Below the pieces are notes generated by a model. It was not told the origin of the DNA, searched no databases, and saw only the letters and a program-made list of their open reading frames with translations. A DNA stretch of 14,336 bases from Thermodesulfovibrionales bacterium (GTDB taxonomy: Bacteria > Nitrospirota > Thermodesulfovibrionia > Thermodesulfovibrionales > UBA6898), in the NCBI GenBank assembly GCA_044450345.1, contig JBIOIY010000066.1, forward strand, positions 1-14,336. Reading direction: 5' to 3'. Shown in pieces: positions 7,506 through 14,336 of this stretch (positions are counted from its first letter, which is position 1; each line of letters opens with the position of its first letter). The translations under genes were made by a program, and so were the position numbers.

Positions 7506-8438
7506 CTACGGAGATTCGGAAACAAAAAGGCCCGTGCTCAGATAGCGCTCGCCACGATCGGGAAGGATCACGACAACTTTCTTGCCTTTGCCTAGTTTGC
7601 TTGCTACCTTGATGGCGGCCCACATCGCTGCGCCCGACGATATACCAGGCAGTATCCCTTCTTTTCTTGCGAGTGCCCGTGCAGTGTCCCCCGCATCGGC
7701 GTCGGCAACAGGTATCACTTCATTGTAGATCTTTGTATTCAAGACCCCGGGGACAAAGCCCGCGCCTATCCCCGCGATCTTGTGCGGTCCGGGGCTGCCC
7801 CCTGACAACACAGGCGATGATGCAGGCTCGACTGCCGCGATCCAGATCCCAGGGTTGCGTTTTTTCAAGACTTCGCCGACACCGGTTATGGTGCCGCCGG
7901 TGCCTATGCCGGCCACGAACCCGTCCGGCGCATTCCCGAGGTCGTTGAGTATCTCAGTTGCGGTAGTCTTCCGGTGCACCTCGGGATTTGCAGGATTTTC
8001 GAACTGCTGCGGCATGAAGTAATAGCCAGGGCGGCCCTGATGGATCTCCATCGCCTTGTCTACAGCTCCTTTCATTCCCTTCTTGCCTTCGCTCAGGACC
8101 AGTTCGGCGCCGTATGCCTCAAGCAACTGCCGTCTCTCCATCGACATCGTCTCCGGCATAGTGAGGACTAATTTATATCCCTTGATCGCCGCAACCATGG
8201 CAAGCCCGATGCCTGTATTGCCGCTTGTGGGCTCGAGTATCGTACCTCCGGGTTTTAGCTTCCCCTCTTTCTCCGCAGCCACAATCATCGAAAGCGCGAT
8301 CCTGTCCTTGACAGAGCCGCCGGGGTTGCATCCCTCGAGTTTAGCCCAAATCTCGGCGTCCCCGGGAGCGGTCATGTGGTTTATGCGTACAAGGGGCGTA
8401 TTGCCGATCAGTATTAAGACATCTTCATGCAGTCTCAT
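7506..8438 (-). CDS. cysK: Cysteine synthase A (O-acetylserine sulfhydrylase)
   Basis: [16 protein letters not shown] (PLP Lys), [34 protein letters not shown] and [10 protein letters not shown]. Start ATG 8438 with GAGGAGG RBS (310 aa). Confidence 0.95.
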   Translation of the reverse strand: MRLHEDVLILIGNTPLVRINHMTAPGDAEIWAKLEGCNPGGSVKDRIALSMIVAAEKEGKLKPGGTILEPTSGNTGIGLAMVAAIKGYKLVLTMPETMSMERRQLLEAYGAELVLSEGKKGMKGAVDKAMEIHQGRPGYYFMPQQFENPANPEVHRKTTATEILNDLGNAPDGFVAGIGTGGTITGVGEVLKKRNPGIWIAAVEPASSPVLSGGSPGPHKIAGIGAGFVPGVLNTKIYNEVIPVADADAGDTARALARKEGILPGISSGAAMWAAIKVASKLGKGKKVVVILPDRGERYLSTGLFVSESP

Positions 8439-8492
8439 AAAAACCTCCTCATGGCCTGCAGACACGGCCAAAGAATGCCATCTATTTAGCAG

Positions 8493-8501
8493 ATTATAGC
8501 A
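8493..8501 (-). promoter_or_regulatory. Extended -10 promoter element for cysK
   Basis: Minus strand TG-C-TATAAT about 55 nt upstream of the cysK start. The -35 is poor. Confidence 0.55.
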
Positions 8502-8548
8502 CAGGCAGAAAGGAGTGTTCCCAATAAAAATAGAATAGTGTAAAATCG

Positions 8549-9394
8549 ATGGTGATGGCAATCGCGGTAATAAAATCATCCGGCCGGCAGGAGGAATTCC
8601 TCGTTGAGAAGCTTGCCGAATCGCTGGTGCGCTCGGGCGCCGTGCCTGAGGTTGCACTGGATATCGCGAGGCAGGTCGAAAGACAGATTTCCCCCGCGTC
8701 TCATACGAAAGCTATCTTCAGACTTGCAAAGAGGATGCTGAGGAAGCACAACGCAGTGTCGGGGATGAAATACTCCCTGAAGAACGCCCTCTCGGCGCTC
8801 GGGCCTTCCGGCTATCCCTTTGAAAAATATGTCGCCCGGATGCTGAAAGTCTATGGCTATGAGGTCGAAGCCGACAAGATCTTAGAAGGCTACTGTGTGA
8901 GTCACGAGGTCGATGTCTATGGGAGAAAAGGGAATGAACATTGCGTCATCGAGTGCAAGTACCACAGCAACGGCGGAAACCCTACAGACGTGAAGGTTGC
9001 TCTCTACATACATGCACGATTTGAGGATATACAAAAGGCCTTTGCAGCGAATTCGGACAAGGGGGCGCACCTTCGTGGTTGGCTCGTCACCAATACCCGC
9101 TGTACGACTGATGCCATAAAATACGCGGAATGCGCGGGGCTAAAGATAGTGAGTTGGAGGTATCCGGCAAAGGAGAGCCTCGAGGATATTATCGAAGAAA
9201 AGAGGCTATATCCTGTGACGCTCCTCCCCTCGGCGAGGAAAAAGGCGCTCGAATCCCTTTTCAGAAACGATATCATCCTCGCCCAGGAGATAGCCGATAT
9301 GGACGAACGGACCTTCCTGAGAAAAAGCGGCCTTGACCCAGAGTCAGCACGTCTCATAAAAAAAGAGGCAGACGCGCTCTGCCCCTGTCCCTAG
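8549..9394 (+). CDS. ATP-cone domain + Mrr-like PD-(D/E)xK restriction-endonuclease-fold protein
   Basis: The N-terminus [19 protein letters not shown] fits an ATP cone. The centre FEKYVA.ML...GY.V ... EVDV ... IECKYH ... GWLVTN fits Mrr_cat. Start is 8549 or 8555. Confidence 0.82.
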   Translation: MVMAIAVIKSSGRQEEFLVEKLAESLVRSGAVPEVALDIARQVERQISPASHTKAIFRLAKRMLRKHNAVSGMKYSLKNALSALGPSGYPFEKYVARMLKVYGYEVEADKILEGYCVSHEVDVYGRKGNEHCVIECKYHSNGGNPTDVKVALYIHARFEDIQKAFAANSDKGAHLRGWLVTNTRCTTDAIKYAECAGLKIVSWRYPAKESLEDIIEEKRLYPVTLLPSARKKALESLFRNDIILAQEIADMDERTFLRKSGLDPESARLIKKEADALCPCP

Positions 9395-9489
9395 GCTTTC
9401 CATTTTCTCCCGGATTTGTGCTATCTTACCCTATTGACTCTGCTTAAAAAGTCAGCCGGAACCATATAAAAAAGACCCAGGAGGCAATT

Positions 9490-10842
9490 ATGAGAGAGAC
9501 CAAAATCGTGCTCCCTGACAGGGATATCCCGAAGCAGTGGTATAACATCATGGCGGACATGCCGAACCTTCCGAAGCCGCCGCTCCATCCAGGCACAAAA
9601 CAGCCGGTCGGTCCCGATGACCTGAAGGCCATTTTCCCGATGTCGCTGATCGAGCAGGAGGTGTCGACTCAGCGTTGGATCGACATCCCGGAAGAAGTCT
9701 TGAATATCTACAGCCTCTGGAGACCCTCCCCCCTTTACAGGGCCCACAGGCTGGAAGCGGCGCTCAAGACCCCTGCGAAGATCTACTACAAATATGAAGG
9801 CGTGAGTCCGGCGGGCAGCCACAAGCCCAACACCTCGATCCCCCAGGCCTACTACAATAAAAAGGCCGGGGTAAAGAGGATAGCGACAGAGACAGGCGCC
9901 GGACAGTGGGGCTCTGCGCTCGCCCTGGCAGGCAGTCTTTTCGGGATCGACGTAACGGTGTATATGGTCAGGGTCAGCTATAACCAAAAGCCTTACAGGA
10001 GAATAGCTATGGAAACATGGGGGGCGACGGTCCACGCAAGTCCCTCGAAACTCACGAATTCAGGGAAAAAAATTCTCGAGATCGACCCGGACAGTCCGGG
10101 GAGTCTCGGCATCGCCATATCCGAGGCGGTCGAAGACGCCGCAACGCATGACGACACCAATTACGCGCTCGGCTCGGTCTTAAACCATGTCCTCCTCCAC
10201 CAGACCGTCATCGGCATCGAGGCGAAAAAACAGTTCGAGCTCGCAGGAGATTATCCCGACATCATCGTAGGGTGCTGCGGCGGCGGAAGCAATCTCGGGG
10301 GTGTCAGCTTCCCGTTCCTCCGGGACAAGATCAACGGCAAAAAACTCAGGGTAATCGCAGCCGAGCCGATATCATGTCCGACACTCACAAAGGGCGAATT
10401 CAGATACGATTTCGGAGATACCGCGGGACTCACTCCTCTGATGATGATGTATACCCTCGGCCATGACTTTATGCCTCCGGGTATCCACGCAGGCGGACTG
10501 CGGTACCACGCAGATTCCCCGCTAATATGTCAGCTTTACAACGACAAGCTGATCGAGGCCGTCGCTTTCGGCCAAACCGCCTGCTTCGAGGCGGCGATAC
10601 AGTTCGCAAAAACAGAGGCCATAATCCCTGCCCCTGAAAGCTCGCACGCTATCAGAGGAGTAATAGACGAGGCATTGAAAGCGAAAGAAGAAGGCAAGGA
10701 GAAGACAATATTCTTTAATCTGAGCGGTCACGGCTATCTCGATATGACCGCCTACGAAGACTACCTTGCCGGCAAACTCGTCGACTACGAGTATCCCGAC
10801 GAGAAAATAAAGGAAGCTCTGGCAAAGCTGCCGGTGATCTAG
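9490..10842 (+). CDS. trpB: Tryptophan synthase beta chain, type 2 (TrpB2)
   Basis: 450 aa with [21 protein letters not shown] (PLP Lys), [21 protein letters not shown] and NLSGHG. The insertions and length fit TrpB2 rather than TrpB1. GGAGG RBS. Confidence 0.92.
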   Translation: MRETKIVLPDRDIPKQWYNIMADMPNLPKPPLHPGTKQPVGPDDLKAIFPMSLIEQEVSTQRWIDIPEEVLNIYSLWRPSPLYRAHRLEAALKTPAKIYYKYEGVSPAGSHKPNTSIPQAYYNKKAGVKRIATETGAGQWGSALALAGSLFGIDVTVYMVRVSYNQKPYRRIAMETWGATVHASPSKLTNSGKKILEIDPDSPGSLGIAISEAVEDAATHDDTNYALGSVLNHVLLHQTVIGIEAKKQFELAGDYPDIIVGCCGGGSNLGGVSFPFLRDKINGKKLRVIAAEPISCPTLTKGEFRYDFGDTAGLTPLMMMYTLGHDFMPPGIHAGGLRYHADSPLICQLYNDKLIEAVAFGQTACFEAAIQFAKTEAIIPAPESSHAIRGVIDEALKAKEEGKEKTIFFNLSGHGYLDMTAYEDYLAGKLVDYEYPDEKIKEALAKLPVI

Positions 10843-10854
10843 ATCTATATAATT

Positions 10855-10881
10855 GTAGGGGCGAACCCCTGTGTTCGCCCT
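10855..10881 (+). repeat. GTAG-type REP-like palindrome
   Basis: GTAG-GGGCGAAC-CCCTGT-GTTCGCCC-T: an 8-bp stem preceded by the GTAG tetranucleotide. Confidence 0.65.
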
Positions 10882-10889
10882 GTATTTTT

Positions 10890-11507
10890 ATGGTCAAGGT
10901 TAAAATCTGCGGTATAACGAATCTTGAAGACGCGATGGCCGCCGTCGACTTCGGGGCCGATGCCCTAGGGTTTGTCTTTTTCAGGGAGAGTCCAAGACAT
11001 ATTACCCCGACAGAAGCAGCCGCCATCATCAGGTACCTCCCTCCCTTTATTCAGTCCGTCGGCGTCTTCGTCGATGAGACTGCCGAGACCATCGAAAATA
11101 CCGTCGCTTCCTGCAGCATAGATATAATACAGATGCACGGCGGTGAACCCCCTGAGAAATGTGGATTCCCCCGCCGCGTGATAAAAGCGATCCGGATCAA
11201 GAGCTTAGACAGTCTTTCTCCGCTTGCCGGATACAGGGGCAAGGTTTCCGCCTTCCTCCTTGATGCCTATGCGCCATATGCCTTAGGAGGGACCGGCCGC
11301 GTATTCAACTGGGATATCGCCGTCGAGGCCAAACAGTTCGGCAGTGTGATACTTGCAGGAGGGCTGACTACTGAGAACGTTTCGGAGGCGGTGCAGTATG
11401 TTCGCCCTTATGCCGTGGATGTCAGCAGCGGGGTCGAACAGGCGAAGGGGAAAAAAGACCTTGCCAAGATGAAGTTGTTTATCGAGAGGGCAAAAGGGGC
11501 GAGTTAG
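10890..11507 (+). CDS. trpF: Phosphoribosylanthranilate isomerase
   Basis: VKICGIT, GADALGFVF..SPR, VGVFV, QMHG, LLDA, GGTG..FNW, LAGGL and VDVSSGVE. Confidence 0.95.
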   Translation: MVKVKICGITNLEDAMAAVDFGADALGFVFFRESPRHITPTEAAAIIRYLPPFIQSVGVFVDETAETIENTVASCSIDIIQMHGGEPPEKCGFPRRVIKAIRIKSLDSLSPLAGYRGKVSAFLLDAYAPYALGGTGRVFNWDIAVEAKQFGSVILAGGLTTENVSEAVQYVRPYAVDVSSGVEQAKGKKDLAKMKLFIERAKGAS

Positions 11508-11595
11508 AGATTGAGCTACGACAGGAGGGACAATTCTTCGTATGTCGCGGTTCGAAGGCGTCACTTATCAGTGACTAGTTGGCAAGGTTGTGCAG

Positions 11596-11970
11596 TTACT
11601 TCTTTTCCTGTTCCGAACTCACCTTTATTACCGTCTTGACATTCCCCCTCGGATTAAAGTCTCCGACCACCTCTAAATACCTCGGTCTTAATTTCTTTTT
11701 CAGTTCGGAATAGAACCTGTTTATAATTTCTTCATGAGAGATATATTCGTTTCTGAATGCGTTTAGGTATAGTTTTAGAGATTTTAGCTCGACGATCTTT
11801 TGATCAGGGACATATCTTACGGCGAACGTCGCAAAATCGGGATACCCGGATCTCGGACAAAGGCATGTGAATTCGGGGAGGGTGATATTTATCTCATAGT
11901 CCCGCTCGGGGTTAGGATTCTCCCATATCTCGAGCCGCGCCTTTTTAATCGCTTTTTCGCCGTATTTCAT
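11596..11970 (-). CDS. queF: NADPH-dependent 7-cyano-7-deazaguanine (preQ0) reductase, short unimodular type
   Basis: [16 protein letters not shown] (catalytic Cys/Asp), QueF motif [15 protein letters not shown] and FNPRGN. Start is ATG 11970 or GTG 11985. Confidence 0.93.
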   Translation of the reverse strand: MKYGEKAIKKARLEIWENPNPERDYEINITLPEFTCLCPRSGYPDFATFAVRYVPDQKIVELKSLKLYLNAFRNEYISHEEIINRFYSELKKKLRPRYLEVVGDFNPRGNVKTVIKVSSEQEKK

Positions 11971-12005
11971 TATGAAATCTACCACGGGGGTTGAGGCTTT
12001 GTAAA

Positions 12006-12034
12006 GTAGAGGGCACGTTGCACCGTGCCCCTAC
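12006..12034 (-). repeat. GTAG-type REP-like palindrome between ogt and queF
   Basis: Minus strand GTAG-GGGCACG-GTGCAA-CGTGCCC-T-CTAC. It has GTAG on both strands and abuts the ogt stop codon. Confidence 0.7.
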
Positions 12035-12528
12035 TACTTCGACATTCTTGTATAGTATTCCATTTCGAGCAGCCTGCGTTTAATGTCCGCCCCGGAGGAA
12101 TATCCGCCAAGGGAACCGCCGGACTCTATAATACGGTGGCAGGGGAAAATAATCGGGATGGGGTTTTTCCCGAGGGCGTTTCCTACCGCCCTGAAGGCGT
12201 GGGGCTTGCCGATTTTCTCGGCCATCCACTTATACGTCCTTGTCTCTCCATATGGCACCTCTCTCAGGGCATCCCAAACGAGTTTCTCGAAATCAGTGCC
12301 CTCCATAAACGCGGTCTTGCATGTAAAGTCCCTTCTGCCCTTTTCGAAGTATTCGGTCAGCTCTTTTTTTACGGCTGCTGCATCTTCTGTCTTTTTCAGA
12401 TATAAACCGGCGGGTTTTTCGAAGGCAATGCTGGTCAACGCGTGGGCGCTGAAAAGCAGGTAAAGCTTCCCGACCGGGGTCTCAAGGATGTCGTAGAACT
12501 CATTATTGTCCGCTTTCTTCTGCTTCAT
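12034..12528 (-). CDS. ogt: Methylated-DNA--protein-cysteine S-methyltransferase
   Basis: ETPVGKL, GTDFEK.VW..L..VPYGETRTY, RAVGNA...NP.PI..PCHR (active-site Cys), LGGY and LLEME. Start placed at ATG 12528 (GGAAGGGG RBS). Alternatives are 12549 and 12579. Confidence 0.92.
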   Translation of the reverse strand: MKQKKADNNEFYDILETPVGKLYLLFSAHALTSIAFEKPAGLYLKKTEDAAAVKKELTEYFEKGRRDFTCKTAFMEGTDFEKLVWDALREVPYGETRTYKWMAEKIGKPHAFRAVGNALGKNPIPIIFPCHRIIESGGSLGGYSSGADIKRRLLEMEYYTRMSK

Positions 12529-12701
12529 CTTTTCCCCTTCCGAAGACATCGTCTTCCGGATTCTCAAATAATAATACACTCTACCTCGGGCAGTCCGTCA
12601 AGGAGGCGTCTCTCCTCTCATTTCCAATTATGCGCCCGGATAATCCTTATGAGAAGGCCGGAGACATGGGTATAGGATATAATAAAAGAGTTGGCATAAC
12701 G

Positions 12702-13427
12702 ATGAAAAAGCTTACGATACGGGACCCGCGGTTTGTTTTTAGTGAAGATGTGACCTGTCCCTATATCGATGACGGCCGGACCGCATCGCTGGAATTTATT
12801 CTGCCTGCGGAGGGCATTGCCCGGCACTTTCACGAATTTCTCGCAGCGGGCTACAGACGCCTGGGGAACGTCCTCTACCATAATGTCTGCCGTACGTGTT
12901 CTTCATGCCGCCCGATCCGTCTTGAGACGGAAAAGTTTAAGGCGAGCAAGAGTCAGCGAAGGACTCTCAGGAAAAACCGCGATGTGACGGTTGAGTGTCG
13001 TGTCCCTTCCGTCACCCCGGTGAAATTAGAACTTTACAAAAACTATGTCATGTCAAAGCATTCTCAGGAGACAGACAGCGACATCCGGGATTACCGAACG
13101 CCCCTTTCAGGCCTGCATCAGGGTTATGCAGGGAGCATCGAAATGGATTATTTCCTTGGGGGGCGTTTGATCGCGGCAGGGATAGTCGACGAAGGGGAAG
13201 ACGCCCTTTCCTCGGCCTACTTTTATTACGATACCGCCCAACTCGACAGGAGACTTGGGATATACAGCATCCTTCATGAGATATCACTCGCCCTTTCACT
13301 GGGGAAAAGATATTACTACCTCGGGTTCTGTGTCGAAGAGACCCCGAAGATGTCATATAAAAAATTCTTCCTGCCCAGCCAGATCTATGAGGACGGGGTC
13401 TGGAAGAATTACCTACTCTCTGAATAG
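12702..13427 (+). CDS. ATE1-like aminoacyl-tRNA--protein transferase (bacterial Bpt / arginyltransferase family)
   Basis: ATE_N motifs TCPY, GYRR.G..LY...C..C..C.PIR and SKSQRR. ATE_C motifs LY..Y...KH, LSS.YFYYD, LG.YSIL.EI, YYLGF and KMSYK. Likely start ATG 12702, with TATAAT at 12678-12683. Confidence 0.88.
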   Translation: MKKLTIRDPRFVFSEDVTCPYIDDGRTASLEFILPAEGIARHFHEFLAAGYRRLGNVLYHNVCRTCSSCRPIRLETEKFKASKSQRRTLRKNRDVTVECRVPSVTPVKLELYKNYVMSKHSQETDSDIRDYRTPLSGLHQGYAGSIEMDYFLGGRLIAAGIVDEGEDALSSAYFYYDTAQLDRRLGIYSILHEISLALSLGKRYYYLGFCVEETPKMSYKKFFLPSQIYEDGVWKNYLLSE

Positions 13428-13745
13428 TCTTTACGCCGGATTGCAGCCATACAGGATTGCTCACGAATGCTGCTACGACTCCCTTCCGGCACAAAAAAGC
13501 AATTCCTGTGCTTAGTAGAAATCTGTTCTGTATCAAGGTGTTTTGAGGTTTTCAGGGCAGGCCGAGACGTGGTCTAGAAAAAAGATAGTCCTTCATGGTA
13601 GTCGTTAATGGTCCGGGCTAGGATATATTTCCCCGATCACTAGGACAGAGTGCCGATTGTCCGGGAGGCCGGTATTTGATACGCTGTAATCATGAAGAGA
13701 AGAGAAAAAAAAGAGGCTGGCCGGGAGGCCGAAAGGAGGAGTAAG

Positions 13746-14114
13746 ATGTTAAGCATAACGAACATAGGCGGAGACAGTGTAGGAATGGGGAATTACTGGA
13801 ATTTTTCTACCGGTGACAGGGTGCATATGGAAGAGGCGGGGATCCTACCAGGGAACAAGACCCAAAGATACTACAAGGTGCATCCGGCTGCGATACTCTT
13901 TGCGGCCCCTGTGCTCGGCCTGGTGTATGCCATATTTCTGCCTTTCATCGGGCTGGCGATGGCAGCGTCGGTTCTTTTAAAGAAGCTGTTTGGAGGGCTG
14001 GCACAGAGCGCATACAGAGGGGCGGCATTCAGCTGGCAGCCGAGTGAGGCCTATCTGGCCGGCAAGAGACGCAGCGACAGGAAAGGCGAACAGAGGGAAG
14101 GAAAGAAAGAGTGA
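13746..14114 (+). CDS. Small hypothetical membrane protein (122 aa)
   Basis: AGGAGGA RBS at 13734-13740 before ATG 13746. It has a soluble N-terminus (GG..VG.GNYWNF..G...LPG), a hydrophobic stretch ILFAAPVLGLVYAIFLPFIGLAMAASVLL and a basic tail, and is followed by a terminator. Confidence 0.75.
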   Translation: MLSITNIGGDSVGMGNYWNFSTGDRVHMEEAGILPGNKTQRYYKVHPAAILFAAPVLGLVYAIFLPFIGLAMAASVLLKKLFGGLAQSAYRGAAFSWQPSEAYLAGKRRSDRKGEQREGKKE

Positions 14115-14136
14115 GGCGGTGATTAAACAGCAAAAT

Positions 14137-14176
14137 AAAAGGGGGACCAGGATATATCATGGTCCCCCTTTTTATT
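14137..14176 (+). terminator. Rho-independent (possibly bidirectional) terminator
   Basis: AAAAGGGGGACCA / TGGTCCCCCTTTT stem followed by TATT, 22 nt after the stop codon. Confidence 0.85.
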
Positions 14177-14336
14177 GCAAAAGACTTATCTAGCAACATC
14201 AGCGTCCGACTGTTTTTTGCATAAAGCAATATAACTCATTGAAAGAATAATATAATAATGACATTTCGACCTGTTACCGACTTGAAATATTTTCAGCCAG
14301 TCGGTCATCGTTCCGGGGACACCCGGAAGGAGACGA

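Noticed and set aside
9395..9489. Trp attenuator or T-box upstream of trpB2
   Set aside because: The spacer is only 95 nt, with no Trp-codon leader peptide, T-box motif or terminator.
11596..11970. queF plus the nuclease as a 7-deazaguanine DNA-modification (dpd) defence system
   Set aside because: No dpdA, queC, queD, queE or folE is nearby. QueF serves tRNA queuosine synthesis and is separated from the nuclease by trp genes.
11971..12033. preQ1 riboswitch upstream of queF
   Set aside because: There is no preQ1-I stem-loop with an A-rich tail. The only hairpin is the GTAG REP-like element.
13497..13513. Sigma54 promoter on the minus strand (AAGCAC-N5-TTGCT)
   Set aside because: It lacks the invariant GG at -24 and points antisense into the transferase gene.
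14320..14336. Gene starting at the right edge (AAGGAG RBS-like sequence)
   Set aside because: No coding sequence lies inside the window, so it cannot be called.
1..14336. CRISPR array, tRNA, rRNA or IS element
   Set aside because: No regularly spaced repeats, cloverleaf-like sequence or transposase ORF was seen.

Overview
Bacterial chromosomal window, mostly housekeeping. The gene set looks like an anaerobe of the Nitrospirota or deltaproteobacterial type, which is inference only. From left to right: the start of a minus-strand gene; a LIV-type (HAAT) ABC transporter operon with a fused permease-ATPase; a c-di-GMP-I (GEMM-I)-like riboswitch with an overlapping terminator ahead of a secreted lipocalin-like gene; a minus-strand operon DUF134 - NifB/NifX-family protein - TlpA/ResA-like thioredoxin; cysK; an ATP-cone + Mrr-type PD-(D/E)xK nuclease fusion; trpB2-trpF; queF; ogt; an ATE/Bpt aminoacyl-transferase; and a small membrane protein. 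The main hidden result is that the ORF track splits the thioredoxin gene in two. It reads as one 169-codon gene with an in-frame TGA at the catalytic position (WATW-U-PYC) followed by a SECIS-like hairpin, i.e. a probable exported selenoprotein. It lies downstream of a consensus sigma70 promoter that is overlapped by a 22-bp palindromic operator. Two GTAG-type REP-like hairpins are also present.
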